From Terriglobia bacterium (GTDB lineage Bacteria > Acidobacteriota > Terriglobia > 2-12-FULL-54-10): a stretch of DNA of 64,000 nt. Within the stretch, counting starts at the first letter, position 1; each line of letters opens with the position of its first letter. Shown piece by piece: positions 51,002 to 63,280 of this stretch. The stretch spans positions 2,080,001 to 2,144,000 of the forward strand of contig CAXVYR010000004.1 of NCBI GenBank assembly GCA_963666975.2, given 5' to 3'. The notes beneath the pieces were generated by a model, which worked only from the letters and a program-made list of their open reading frames with translations, was not told where the DNA came from and searched no databases. The translations under genes and the position numbers were made by a program.

Positions 51002-52258
51002 TTGGCAGAAGGAAACCCCACAGCGAATTCGTTTGCGCCCCCGTGTTCCGAGTGCCCAAATTGTAAGGCGCTGTGCAAGAGGCACTCGGTCCGGGAAAGG
51101 CGTATCAAAGACCTTGATCTTGAGTGCGCTACCATATTGAATGTTAAGGTAGGGGTGTATCGCTGTCAAGCCTGCAAAAAGTTTTTCCGCTTCCAACCGC
51201 CAATGGCCCAAAAGGGGAAACACTACAGCCAAAGGGCCATTGAGAAGGCCCGCAGTGCGGTGGCGGAGGATAAGACCACGTTTGCTGGCTTGCGGAAGCG
51301 GCTTGAGCGCGACTTCCATGTCCGCCCCGCACTCTCGACAGCGTATGGCTGGTTCCATGATTCCGCCGATGCGATAGACATGGAGCGAGATTATGAGCGG
51401 TGGGCGGCGGAAGGCTTCTCCGGCGTATTGGTGGTGGACGAGCTTTACGATCATTACGCAGTGCTGGTTGCCACGGACCCTCTGAACGACAAGACCCTCT
51501 CGGTTCGATTGTGCCGGACTGCCAATGAAGAAGAGCTTCGCCAATTCCTGACACACCTTAAAGACTTGGGGATTCATCCAAGTGTCATTGTGACCGACGG
51601 TGCACCTATCTACCAAAACGTCCCAAAAGAAGTTTGGCCGGGGATCAGACAGCAACTCTGCATCTTCCACTACACCCGCGCCATTACCAAGAACGTCCTG
51701 ACCGCCATCAACGACCTTCGGGGCGTCCTTGCTCGAAAGGTGGGCACTAAAGAGGATTCCCGCAAGCTGTGGGGCCTCCGTTACGTCCTTTTGAGCCGAG
51801 AGGAGAAGCTGAGTGAGACCCAGCGGGCGGCCATTGCTGAACTGAGCGCCCGCTACGCCCGCCTCCGCCTGATCCGAGACCTTGTCCTGAAGGTGTTCGG
51901 CCTCTTCACGCGAAACCAAACCCACCTGGAGGCCTGGGGCAAACGTCGGGAGATCATCGAGAATGAGTTGTACTCGTTCAGCGACCCGCTCAAGAGAGTG
52001 GTCCGAACGCTCCGAACCGAGCAGTTTGCCAAGGCCATCACCTTCCTGGACTACATCGACTGCCCCCGGACCTCCAACCATGTCGAGCGGGCGAACCGTT
52101 ACTATCGGAAGCGGGCCAAAATCCACTATCGCAACCGGACCAAGAGGGCAATCTGGAACATGGTCAAGACCGACTTGCTCGTGAGGAAGGCCAACTATGG
52201 GGGAAGACCGCCCCAAAAGTTGCAACCGCACCAAAGGGGCGAGGCGGTTGCAGCGTAG
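51002..52258 (+). CDS. Zn-ribbon DDE transposase (ISL3/MULE-like)
   Basis: CPNC...CQAC, VVDE, IVTDG, QLCIFH, TSNHVERANR. Confidence 0.8.
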   Translation: MAEGNPTANSFAPPCSECPNCKALCKRHSVRERRIKDLDLECATILNVKVGVYRCQACKKFFRFQPPMAQKGKHYSQRAIEKARSAVAEDKTTFAGLRKRLERDFHVRPALSTAYGWFHDSADAIDMERDYERWAAEGFSGVLVVDELYDHYAVLVATDPLNDKTLSVRLCRTANEEELRQFLTHLKDLGIHPSVIVTDGAPIYQNVPKEVWPGIRQQLCIFHYTRAITKNVLTAINDLRGVLARKVGTKEDSRKLWGLRYVLLSREEKLSETQRAAIAELSARYARLRLIRDLVLKVFGLFTRNQTHLEAWGKRREIIENELYSFSDPLKRVVRTLRTEQFAKAITFLDYIDCPRTSNHVERANRYYRKRAKIHYRNRTKRAIWNMVKTDLLVRKANYGGRPPQKLQPHQRGEAVAA

Positions 52259-52304
52259 AGGTAACAACCTCTTGATTGAACAATCTCCTTGGCAGCTAGT
52301 CGAG

Positions 52305-53120
52305 CTAGGCACCGCTCTCTCCCTTATACTCAATCGAGCCTTCGTCCGTAGTATCAACCGAAAAGAGATACTCCGAATTTAATTTGCCATTGCTTGAGAT
52401 CAACCGGACCGTTACGGAGAGCTCTGCCGGTGTTGAGAGTTCCCAATATGCAGGGGCGTGCCATTTTTTATATTGATCCCTTCCATCCTCAACTGCACAC
52501 CAACTAAGTTCCCCCCCTCGTAATTGAACAGCTAGAATCAAGGCATTTGCGCCCCCACGAGCGAAAGACACTTCGTTAATATCCGCATCTACCCAGCATC
52601 CATAGTCAATCCGTATTGGCTCTATCTCGCCTTCTTTTTGAAAGGATAACTGCGCATGTACATCCGAGATGTATTCGCCAGCCGTTCTCTCTGGTGGAGT
52701 GTTTGTAAATATTGCGACAAGACCGAGCATCTCATCCTCTATTTGATGACGTTGTGGAACATGGTTCGTGTATTTACTCTGTTGCTCTCGATTTAAGCGA
52801 TAGAGATGTCTCTTCGCTATGCGGACATCGGTTATCAAGAATGTGGCCGTTGATTCTTTCTGGGTAGCCATAGTCGTTTTGTTCTGCCGCTTTGGGGCAA
52901 TCCAGCCTCTTTCTACTGCGAAAACTGGTCCGCTCAAAACCAGAGCGAATATTCCGCAAGCGAGCACAATTAACCAAGGCCCCGAGACATATCCCAGGAC
53001 TTGCAGGACTGTGGTAATAAAGGTCATCATACCGCCAGCCACAACAAGCCCAACAAGCCACTTGAAGGTCTGGACACGCTCGATCCATTTCCAAACCTGC
53101 TCCCATGTGATCTTAGCCAT
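52305..53120 (-). CDS. Hypothetical membrane protein (2 N-terminal TM + soluble beta-rich domain)
   Basis: 271-aa ORF directly downstream of the XRE gene. Lower GC. Confidence 0.6.
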   Translation of the reverse strand: MAKITWEQVWKWIERVQTFKWLVGLVVAGGMMTFITTVLQVLGYVSGPWLIVLACGIFALVLSGPVFAVERGWIAPKRQNKTTMATQKESTATFLITDVRIAKRHLYRLNREQQSKYTNHVPQRHQIEDEMLGLVAIFTNTPPERTAGEYISDVHAQLSFQKEGEIEPIRIDYGCWVDADINEVSFARGGANALILAVQLRGGELSWCAVEDGRDQYKKWHAPAYWELSTPAELSVTVRLISSNGKLNSEYLFSVDTTDEGSIEYKGESGA

Positions 53121-53129
53121 GCCGCAAGA

Positions 53130-53513
53130 TTACGCCCAGACGTCCCTTGCCTCAACCAGATAAAGAAAGCACGGTACTTGTAGGCGAGCCTTTTCAACCT
53201 TTTCCGAAAAGTGTCCCAAAATTTGTCCCGCCATGCTCTCCAACCGCCCCAGGCGACTTTCAATAGCCGTAAGCCTCAGGTCGACTGTCCTGGTGTCTCG
53301 CCAATCTCCAAGGAGCGGCGTTTCCGGACGTCCTGTTTGACTTACCACTTTCTCCACTTCAGCAAGCCTTCGCAAGAAACGCCGGCTCGGCTGACGGGTG
53401 CCGGCTTCGTAACGCGCGATAGCAGACGGAGAATATGCAGTTAGATTCGCTAGCTCAGACTGGGTGAGGCCTAGCCGTTCCCGTATTTCCTTGACACTTT
53501 CCTCTGACGACAT
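53130..53513 (-). CDS. XRE-family HTH transcriptional regulator
   Basis: VKEIRERLGLTQSELA......IARYEAG.RQPS. Confidence 0.85.
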   Translation of the reverse strand: MSSEESVKEIRERLGLTQSELANLTAYSPSAIARYEAGTRQPSRRFLRRLAEVEKVVSQTGRPETPLLGDWRDTRTVDLRLTAIESRLGRLESMAGQILGHFSEKVEKARLQVPCFLYLVEARDVWA

Positions 53514-54319
53514 ATAGTTTCCTATTGACAGGAAGCTTACTGTCCTAGTACAATCCTGCCGTTGATGTTTTTTCTCTAAGGGGCTTGCCGGGGCATTAAC
53601 TACATCGGCAAAAAGCAACCCTTCGTTAACAAACGGCGAACTGGAACTACTCGCCAGTTCTGAGGGGTGGGGTATCTATAGAAATATCGCATGCACGAGA
53701 TGAACTGGGATTTCGGCACAGCCCTCACCACTTTAATAATACTTTGAAAATACCGGCCTGCCCAGGCTTGCATCATTAAGCAGTTATAATTCTAACAAGC
53801 GAACCCAACATCCCGCGCCAATAGTACATTGAGATATCCCTTATCCCCATTCCCCCCTTCCGTTACGAAATCACAGACAGCAACCGGACTCCTGAACCAG
53901 AATGCAAACGCCATGACCCATTGAACCATACCATTATGGGAATCGAATTCCAAGCTGGAATAAGAGCGGAAGGGGTGCTGCTGAATAGAGGCTTTGTTTT
54001 TCTCGCAACAGGAGGAAAAAACAATTTGCAGGAACAATCCGAATCACCTTGGTAAAGAGGTTCGCACCTTGCAGAGAAAGCAGCGTACAAGTGCCCCAGG
54101 GGTCCTATCCGGAAGGAGCGAATTCTGCTTGCCGCCTCGCAGCCCGTTCCCTGCAAACAGGAGCGGACTATTTCTTTTCGCTCCCTGCGAGAAAATCCAT
54201 CTGCTACAGGCCATCCGCATAGCTTTGCAGAACCGCCTATCCCAGCCCGTCGCCGATGATCCCGCCTCCACCGCAGAGGTAATCCACCAGGACCTTATGT
54301 ACACCGTCCCGGCCGAGAG

Positions 54320-54730
54320 TTGCAGGCAAGGCCCACAAGGAGCGAAGCATTAAAGAAACACTCGCCTCGGATACTCCTGGTGGAAGATCACCTGCGTTTG
54401 GCTACTTTGCGCCGCACGGCCCTTTCTGACCATGGGTACGATATCGTGTGCGTGGCGGACGGTGAGGAGGCGTGCCGGTTGCTTCGCCGGAAACGTTTTG
54501 ATTTGGTGCTGGCCAACGCGAAGTTGCCGAAGGGTTCTGGCTGGGAAGTGGCGACAGCAGCCAAGAAGAAGAATCTTCCCGTCATCCTGACTTCCGGCTG
54601 GGCAGACCAGATGTCTCCGGAAGAGACGGCCTGCCTCAGCGTGGACTTTGTAATCCCCAAACCCTGCAGCACCGACCATCTTCTTGCCATCATCCGCAAT
54701 GCCTTGAAAAAATCGGGGAGGGGGGAGTAG
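54320..54730 (+). CDS. Single-domain response regulator (receiver; phospho-Asp appears to be Asn); start uncertain
   Basis: ILLVED, FDLVLANAKLP..SG, VILTSG, PKP. Confidence 0.7.
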   Translation: MQARPTRSEALKKHSPRILLVEDHLRLATLRRTALSDHGYDIVCVADGEEACRLLRRKRFDLVLANAKLPKGSGWEVATAAKKKNLPVILTSGWADQMSPEETACLSVDFVIPKPCSTDHLLAIIRNALKKSGRGE

Positions 54731-54779
54731 AAAGCGAGCAGTTCTCCAGAAAGCTACTGTTCCTCACCGAACTCTGCTT

Positions 54780-55009
54780 ACAAAACTCCCGCTTCGGCGG
54801 AACCAGTTCGGAGGCACGTTGGGGGGGGGAATCAGAATCTCCAGTTCCGGGCGGAATTCTTCAACATCTTTAACCACCCGAATTTCGGGCAGTCCCAGGC
54901 TAATGTTTTTCGGAACACCAGCGGGAATCCGGACTCCCGGTTCGTGCGAATCACCGAGACGGTCACTTCTTCGCGTCAGATTCAGCTTGTTTTGAAGTAC
55001 ACTTTCTAA
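54780..55009 (+). pseudogene. C-terminal remnant of a TonB-dependent receptor (Oar-like)
   Basis: Translates to NLQFRAEFFNIFNHPNFG...ITETVTSSRQIQLVLKYTF-stop (terminal Phe beta-signal). Confidence 0.7.
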
Positions 55010-55125
55010 GGCGCGGAGCTAAGATCGAGCTTTTCCTTTGGGAGGAAGGCCGCAAACCTTTTCCTTGCCCAGCCATTCCGGGCAGTGAGGCCTTCTGGTA
55101 GCAAATAACAATGAGGTAGAGACTC

Positions 55126-57060
55126 ATGAAGCGAATTCCTTTTTTGAATGTTTCGTTTTTGCTGGCCCTGTTTTTCCTTTTAGCCGCTGAGGGAACCCAA
55201 GGGCAAACTGTGGACGATTTGACGCGCAAGCTGGAGCGCCTTGGGGCCTATCCAGACCTCATCGTAATCAACGGTAAAATCTCCACCATGGATGAACGGT
55301 TGACCGAGGTGGAGGCCATGGCGGTTAGGGATACCCGGATTGTGGCGCTGGGAAGCAATGATGAGATCCGCTTTTTGGCCGGCCAGAACACGGAAGTGCT
55401 GGACGTGAAGGGACGGCGGGTCTTGCCGGGCCTGATCGATAGCCACACCCATCCGAATCTCTGGGGCGTCGAGCATTGGCTCGGGGCCGAGGGAGACGCC
55501 TCGGCTGAAAGATACAATGACCCCCAGCTCAAGATTAGTCTCGCTTCGGGGAACAGCCCGGCCGAGGTGCTCCGGTCGCTGGAACGGGTCGTGAGGCAGA
55601 AGACACGGGAACTGGGTCCGGGAAAGTGGATTCTGGTAAAGGTCTTTGGAGGGAAAAGCATCCCTGAATCCAGAGAAATCGCCACTCCCTTATTTGCCTC
55701 CCGCAACGCTGCGGGGCCAATCGACACGAATTTTTTGGACACCCTGGCCCCGGATAATCCGGTGACGCTCTACGCCACCGAGGCCATCGGACCCACGGCG
55801 AACAGCACAATGGCCAAGCAGGAGATGATCCGGCTGCTTGGTTTCGAAGCCACGGGAATTTTTGCCCGCACGGCGGTCCCATTCGACATTCTTCTGAACG
55901 GACGATGGGAAGAGATGGCCGATCTGCTGAAGCGGGAAATACTGGAATGCCTGTCGGCGCACGGGATCACCGCCTTCGGGGACCGTTACGACCGCTCCCC
56001 TTCCATCATTAAGGCTTACAATCTGCTCTACCAGCGGGGGGAATTACACGCCCGTTACGGCTTTTATCCGGAAGGCGGCGCCAATACGACCAGCAAATTC
56101 GCGGATCGTGCTTTATCGCCTATCATCATTCGCTTGTCAAACCAGGAAGCAGGCGACTTCCGAGGCATCGGCAACGACTACATGTGGAATGCGGGAATTG
56201 CCAACGAAGGCTGGGAATGGGGACCTCAGGGGCAGGGAGGGATTGGTACCTGTACCGCCGCCAAACCGAATCCCAATAACCCGGTGGAACTTTTCATGGC
56301 CTGTTCGGACCCCAGAGCGACTGATTACGAGCAGTATGAAGGCTACCAGGCTGTCCAGGCAGGGCTGGAGAACGGCCAGCGCATCGGATACTTGCACGCC
56401 TACAGTGACGGCACTCTCGATGCGTTGTTCCATATGATTGAGGAGGCGATTGCGAAAGGCACATTGACGTTGGAGCAAGTCCGGGCCCTCCGGATTAGCA
56501 CGGAGCACAACCCGATGATTCGCCCGGATCAGGTCGAGAAATTTGCCAAGTACAATATCATGCCCGGCTTCAATGGCTATCAGGTACAGGGCGACATCAA
56601 AGGCGGAGCCTTTCTGAAGGCTTACGGAGAACAGTACATGAACTGGATGGTGCCCGTAAAAAGCCTGGTGGATGCGGGGGTACACGTGGTATTCAATACC
56701 GACGCCCACTTGCACAAGGGTCCCGTCGAATTCAAAGATATGGATTATCCGCCTCAGTGGGACGGCAATATCTGGGCGTTTATGGAGTTCTTTGTCACCC
56801 GCGTTATGCCCCATGACGGGGTCACCTACAACAAGTTGGAAGCCGTCGATAAGGTCACCCTGATGAAGGCTGCCACCATTTGGGGAGCCGAGCAATTGTT
56901 GAACGAGAAAAACATCGGCTCGTTGGAGGCTGGCAAGCTGGCTGATTTCATCGTCATTGACAAGGATTATTTCGCAATTCCCGAGGATCAAATCCACACC
57001 ATTAAGAACTTGATGACCGGCCTGGGCGGGGAGATCGTTTTTCGGTCGCCGGATTTCTAA
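55126..57060 (+). CDS. Exported amidohydrolase-3 family protein
   Basis: Signal peptide, DVKGRRVLPGLIDSHTH, HAYSD, GSLEAGKLADFIVIDKD. Confidence 0.88.
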   Translation: MKRIPFLNVSFLLALFFLLAAEGTQGQTVDDLTRKLERLGAYPDLIVINGKISTMDERLTEVEAMAVRDTRIVALGSNDEIRFLAGQNTEVLDVKGRRVLPGLIDSHTHPNLWGVEHWLGAEGDASAERYNDPQLKISLASGNSPAEVLRSLERVVRQKTRELGPGKWILVKVFGGKSIPESREIATPLFASRNAAGPIDTNFLDTLAPDNPVTLYATEAIGPTANSTMAKQEMIRLLGFEATGIFARTAVPFDILLNGRWEEMADLLKREILECLSAHGITAFGDRYDRSPSIIKAYNLLYQRGELHARYGFYPEGGANTTSKFADRALSPIIIRLSNQEAGDFRGIGNDYMWNAGIANEGWEWGPQGQGGIGTCTAAKPNPNNPVELFMACSDPRATDYEQYEGYQAVQAGLENGQRIGYLHAYSDGTLDALFHMIEEAIAKGTLTLEQVRALRISTEHNPMIRPDQVEKFAKYNIMPGFNGYQVQGDIKGGAFLKAYGEQYMNWMVPVKSLVDAGVHVVFNTDAHLHKGPVEFKDMDYPPQWDGNIWAFMEFFVTRVMPHDGVTYNKLEAVDKVTLMKAATIWGAEQLLNEKNIGSLEAGKLADFIVIDKDYFAIPEDQIHTIKNLMTGLGGEIVFRSPDF

Positions 57061-57235
57061 TCCGAGACCGAAGGCGGGTAGCCATGGCGGTCTGAGCTTG
57101 AAGCGGCAGGGCTTGAAGCGCCACATCCGGTGGCGTAACATCTATAGCCAGGGCAAGGCGGAAATCCCAATATCTCTAAACCAATATCTCTAAAAAGGTT
57201 CTCTACAATCAATCCTAGCAAAGGGGGAGGATTTT

Positions 57236-58522
57236 ATGATGGCAGGCTCTCAGAGTATGGCGAAGTATTGCGGCGGAGTGCGCACAGCGCTATTGCTGTC
57301 GGCGGTGTTTTTGTTTTCCTTGGTTCCTGCACAAAGCCAGCGGGGCCCCGCCCCGGAGCAAAGCGCATTGCCCGAAGGCCCGGGCAAGCAGTTCGTGGCG
57401 GCGACTTGCGGGGAGTGCCACAGCCTCGACCGCGTGACACGGCCGGCCGGACACACCTCGGAGGAATGGCAAGCGATTATGAGCAACATGGTCGAGATCG
57501 GCATGCCTCTGACGGAAGAGCAGGCCGGTGTTGTGACGGCGTATTTGGTCAGCAATTTTCCGGACACGGCCCCGAAGGCGGTGCTGGTTCCCGGCAGCGT
57601 CGAGGTCTCCATCCAGGAATGGACCGTCCCCACACCCGGCGCGCGGCCTCATGATCCGCTGGTGGCGCCGGACGGCTCTATTTGGTACACGGGGCAAAGG
57701 AAAAATTTGCTGGGGCGGTTCGATCCGGCCAGCGGCAAGTTCAAAGAGTATCCCTTAAAAACCCCGGACTCAGCCCCCCACGGCCTGGTCGCCGACAAGA
57801 AAGGGAACATCTGGTTCACGGCAATTGATGGCGCTTACGTCGGCATGCTCGACCCGAAAACAGGCGAGATAACCGAATACCGCATGCCCGACCCCGAAGC
57901 TCGCCGCCCGCACACACCCATCTTCGACCAAAAAGGAACGCTTTGGTTCACCATGTCCGGGTCCAACAGGATTGGGAGAATTATTCCCAAGACCGGCGAG
58001 GTAAAGGTGGCCACTCCGCCCACAGCGGGGTCGAACCCCTACGGCACCGTGGTGAACTCCCAGGGCGTCCCCTTCTTCACCGAGTTCCGCACCAACAAGC
58101 TGGCCAGCATTGACCCGGACACCATGGAGATTCGGGAATACGTCTTGCCGAATCCTGACGCTCGTCCCCGGCGCATCGCCGTCACCCCTGACGACGTTCT
58201 CTGGTACACCGACTATGCGCGCGGCCATCTGGGCCGGATGGACCCCAAGACCGGCAAGTTCAGCGAGTGGCCCTCTCCCGGCGGGCCGAAGTCCGCGCCT
58301 TACGGCATCACCACGTTCGGCAACAAGCTGTGGTACAGCGAGTCGGGCGTGAAGCCGAATACGGTGGTGCTGTTTGATCCGCAGACGGAGAAGTTCCAAA
58401 CCTGGCTGATCCCGTCGGGCGGAGGCGTGGTGCGCCACATGGTAGCAGCGCCGGACGGCGACCTGTGGCTTGCCACCAGCGGCGTCAATGGAATTGCCAA
58501 AGTCGAAGTAAGAAGCAACTAG
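57236..58522 (+). CDS. Cytochrome c (CGECH) fused to a virginiamycin B lyase (Vgb)-like beta-propeller
   Basis: LPEGPGK...CGECH, then repeated PH/PY-G...G.IWYT/FT...GR.DP.TG blades. Confidence 0.85.
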   Translation: MMAGSQSMAKYCGGVRTALLLSAVFLFSLVPAQSQRGPAPEQSALPEGPGKQFVAATCGECHSLDRVTRPAGHTSEEWQAIMSNMVEIGMPLTEEQAGVVTAYLVSNFPDTAPKAVLVPGSVEVSIQEWTVPTPGARPHDPLVAPDGSIWYTGQRKNLLGRFDPASGKFKEYPLKTPDSAPHGLVADKKGNIWFTAIDGAYVGMLDPKTGEITEYRMPDPEARRPHTPIFDQKGTLWFTMSGSNRIGRIIPKTGEVKVATPPTAGSNPYGTVVNSQGVPFFTEFRTNKLASIDPDTMEIREYVLPNPDARPRRIAVTPDDVLWYTDYARGHLGRMDPKTGKFSEWPSPGGPKSAPYGITTFGNKLWYSESGVKPNTVVLFDPQTEKFQTWLIPSGGGVVRHMVAAPDGDLWLATSGVNGIAKVEVRSN

Positions 58523-58572
58523 CTCTCCTGCTTGTTTCGTGTTTTTCTGGTGGGCAGATCGGCCGAGCGCCT

Positions 58573-59271
58573 ATGCCATATAAAGCCTCTTCGCTCGCAC
58601 GGTTCGATCTGCCCCCTTTGGAAGCGCGCCGCCTGCAACAACAGATTGCTCCTCTGGTTGTCCGCCGGGACCAACTGGGCAAACCGCGGACGGTAGCCGG
58701 GGCCGACATCTCCCTGGAGGAAAAAACCGGCTACGCCGGCGTCATTCTCTATTCTTTTCCTGAATTGACCGAGATCGAACGCGTCTGGTGCTCGGGTCAG
58801 TTGCGTTTCCCTTACGTGCCGGGCCTGCTGTCCTTTCGGGAGATCCCGCTATTGCTCCGCGCCTTTGCCAAGCTTCGCCGCCGCCCGGACCTCATCCTGG
58901 CCGATGCCCATGGGTGGGCCCATCCGAGACGCGCGGGGCTGGCCTGCCATCTGGGAATAGTTCTCGACACGCCCACCATCGGCTGCGCCAAGTCGGTGCT
59001 GATTGGGAAATATAAGATGCCCGCCGCCCGGAGCGGCTCCACTTCTCCGCTACGGGACGGCACGGAGAAAATCGGCGTTGCGTTGCGGACCCGCACCGGC
59101 GTGCGCCCCGTGTTTGTCTCCTGCGGCCACCGGGTTTCGCTCCCGACAGCGATCCGGCTGACGCTTGCCTGCTCGGACGGCTACCGCATCCCCAAACCTC
59201 AGCGGGAGGCCGACCGCTGGGTCAAACAGATTCGCATCAGAAAAAGTGCCGAGAAGATTCGAACGCCGTGA
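58573..59271 (+). CDS. nfi: Endonuclease V
   Basis: AGADIS, FPYVPGLLSFRE, HPRR.GLACH, IGCAKS, VSCGH. Confidence 0.93.
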   Translation: MPYKASSLARFDLPPLEARRLQQQIAPLVVRRDQLGKPRTVAGADISLEEKTGYAGVILYSFPELTEIERVWCSGQLRFPYVPGLLSFREIPLLLRAFAKLRRRPDLILADAHGWAHPRRAGLACHLGIVLDTPTIGCAKSVLIGKYKMPAARSGSTSPLRDGTEKIGVALRTRTGVRPVFVSCGHRVSLPTAIRLTLACSDGYRIPKPQREADRWVKQIRIRKSAEKIRTP

Positions 59272-59616
59272 AGCCCGGCAGTTGCTCTTAGGAGATGAGA
59301 GTAAAAGTATTCGTGCATCCAACGCAGATCAGCCGCAGATCAGCGCGGACGAGCGCAAAGTCTTTTCATCCTCTCAATATTTGGCATATAATGATGGAGC
59401 GTTGAAGTGGACAAGGTACGCACTGCTCATTCCTCCAAGAGTATCTCGACGACCTCCGGCCTTGTTGACCGGCCGGAAACAGCCGAAAGACATCGCCAGC
59501 GAGTTGCGAGCCAGGGTCCCGCAAGCGGACATTGCCCGTTAAGCGCCTATTCGGTCCCCGGCCGTCAAACAACCATCGAGTGAGCATCCACTAATCATAA
59601 TCCTGAGGATCATCCA

Positions 59617-61014
<1,398 letters not shown>

Positions 61015-61162
61015 CCTCTGATGGCCGCCCCAAACCAGAGAAAGACCGGGGTTTTTCCAACCGTTTTTATTCCTAACGCGGGGAACGGGCCTGCCGGGCG
61101 CAAGCGTTTCTTGTGCGCTTTGTCTGCACTCGCTCTCCGCGGCACTTAAAAAGGGGGTTCCC

Positions 61163-62089
61163 ATGAGTAAGAAAGTAACTGTGGTCGGTGCTGGCAATGT
61201 AGGAGCGTCGGTCGCCCTGCGTCTCGCCGACAAAGAGCTGGCCGACGTGGTAATAATTGATATCCTGGAAGGCATCCCGCAGGGCAAGGCGCTGGACACG
61301 CTCCAGGCCGGTCCCGTCATGCGGTCCGACTCGCAGGTAACCGGCACCAACGACTACAAAGATACAGCCGGTTCGGACCTGGTCGTGATCACGGCAGGCT
61401 TTCCGCGCAAGCCGGGCATGAGCCGGGACGACCTGCTGAAGAAGAATTACGATGTGATCAAGCCCACCACCGAACAGATAGTCCAGTATTCCCCGAACTG
61501 CATTCTGATCATCGTCACTAACCCGCTGGACGCCATGTGCCAGGCGGCCCTGCGCGTGAGCGGCTTCCCTAAGCACCGCGTCATCGGCATGGCCGGCATT
61601 CTGGACTCGGCGCGGTTCCGCACCTTCATCGCGCAAGAACTGAAGGTCTCGGTGGAAAACGTGCAGGCCTTTGTGATGGGGGGGCACGGAGACACCATGG
61701 TGCCGCTGGTGCGTTTTTCCCAGGTCGCAGGCATTCCGTTAACCGAGTTGCTCGACGCGGCTACGATTGAAAGGATTGTTCAGCGCACGCGGGACGGAGG
61801 AGCCGAGATTGTCAAATACCTGAAGGCAGGCAGCGCTTTCTACGCGCCGTCGGCGGCGGTGATGGAGATGGTGGAGGCGATCTTGAAAGACAAGAAAAAG
61901 ATTCTTCCTTGCGCCGCCTATCTCGAAGGCGAGTACGGCATCCAGGGACTCTACGTGGGCGTGCCGGTGAAGCTGGGCGCAAACGGCATCGAGCAGATCA
62001 TCGAGGTCAAGCTCACGGCAGACGAGCAGAAAGCCTTGAAGAAGAGCGCCGATGCGGTCAAGGAGTTGGTGGACGTCATTAAAATCTAA
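61163..62089 (+). CDS. mdh: Malate dehydrogenase (LDH-like)
   Basis: [33 protein letters not shown]. Directly follows icd. Confidence 0.96.
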   Translation: MSKKVTVVGAGNVGASVALRLADKELADVVIIDILEGIPQGKALDTLQAGPVMRSDSQVTGTNDYKDTAGSDLVVITAGFPRKPGMSRDDLLKKNYDVIKPTTEQIVQYSPNCILIIVTNPLDAMCQAALRVSGFPKHRVIGMAGILDSARFRTFIAQELKVSVENVQAFVMGGHGDTMVPLVRFSQVAGIPLTELLDAATIERIVQRTRDGGAEIVKYLKAGSAFYAPSAAVMEMVEAILKDKKKILPCAAYLEGEYGIQGLYVGVPVKLGANGIEQIIEVKLTADEQKALKKSADAVKELVDVIKI

Positions 62090-62231
62090 GAGGTTGTTGA
62101 AAAACACCGGTAGTATAATACCCGCGCTTCCGGCATAACGCCCGCGCCGCCGATAGCAACAGGCTTGGCGAAGTTTTTCCTGTGACTCCGGCTGGCAGCC
62201 GGAGTCACCCATCTTTTATCTGGAGCGGGAA

Positions 62232-62828
62232 ATGACGATGAAGCTGCCCTCGTACGGTTTTGTTTCATTGTCAGGGATCGCCGCAATGGCGTTGCTGCTG
62301 TTCCCTGCGCTTGCCGCTGCCCAAGCTTCCGAGGCGAGAGCGTCTGCCAACCTCATCCTGGGGACGGTCGCCAGCGACCGCGGAACGACCGCTACGATCC
62401 CGCTCTATTACCAGCCAGCCGAAGAAACACCGATCCGCAGCCTGCACCTGGAAGTGGACTTTGTCAGCAACAGCGTGAAGTTTGCCAAGGCAGAGAAGGG
62501 AATCGCCTCAGAGGTCCAGGATTACGAACTGACCGTTGAGGCTGAGGAACTGCCGCCGAGCGATCAGGACCTATCCCGCACGCGGTTGAAAATTGATATC
62601 GCCGTCGTGGATTCCGATCCCAGCAAGGCTCTTCCGCAAGGGTTGTGGACTTTCCTGGACTTCCGAATTCCGGAAGACGCCAAACCGTTCGCCATCTCGC
62701 TGACCCCGGCCTCGGTCTCCGCGCAGGACGAAGCCGGGCAGCCGGTAGAGGTGACAGTCGAGGCCGGAAAGGTCATCGTCTCGGTTCCGGACGAACCGCT
62801 GGTGGGCTGCTTCTTCTTCACTCATTAG
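62232..62828 (+). CDS. Secreted cohesin-like beta-sandwich protein ending in CFFFTH
   Basis: Signal peptide, all-beta pattern, hydrophobic Cys/His-containing C-terminus. Confidence 0.6.
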   Translation: MTMKLPSYGFVSLSGIAAMALLLFPALAAAQASEARASANLILGTVASDRGTTATIPLYYQPAEETPIRSLHLEVDFVSNSVKFAKAEKGIASEVQDYELTVEAEELPPSDQDLSRTRLKIDIAVVDSDPSKALPQGLWTFLDFRIPEDAKPFAISLTPASVSAQDEAGQPVEVTVEAGKVIVSVPDEPLVGCFFFTH

Positions 62829-62959
62829 CTGGAGGTGGGTTTCTAACTCCGGGAAAGGCCCACGGCGAGAAAGAACGCTCGCCGTGGCTACCCGAAAAAC
62901 CACGCTGCCACACTCACCCCGCAGCTAAACAATCTCCGGGAAATAATACGTCAGCACAG

Positions 62960-63150
62960 CGTTCCGGCGCATGTCGGAGACAATCAGCGCCTTGTTCTTG
63001 GGGTCCATCACCACCAAGTCCGCCCTCGTCATAAAGATTTCCAGGCCGGCACACTCGTAGCTGTTCCGGTCCGGCTCAAACGCCACCTTGGCTCCGGCGT
63101 CCAGCATGCTCTTTACCGGGCTCAGGAACGTGTGCGCCACTTCCTCTTCA
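62960..63150 (-). pseudogene. Amidohydrolase-3 fragment
   Basis: PVKSMLDAGAKVAFE.D...GLEIFMTR joined to ADLVVMD. Confidence 0.5.
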
Positions 63151-63280
63151 TTGGAGGCAGACTCACACAAGAGGCAGTCCGTGAGGTACTGTCACGCACG
63201 GAGAATTTTGTTCGCGGGCTGTAGGAGAGCTGCGGCTGCCGGGTTTTCAGTCCGTATGCCTTAATGCGGGCTGCATCATG

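Noticed and set aside
50885-52357. 490-aa minus-strand ORF
   Set aside because: Antisense shadow of the transposase at 51002-52258.
57167-57194. 14-bp tandem duplication CCAATATCTCTAAA
   Set aside because: Only two copies; likely slippage with no further support.
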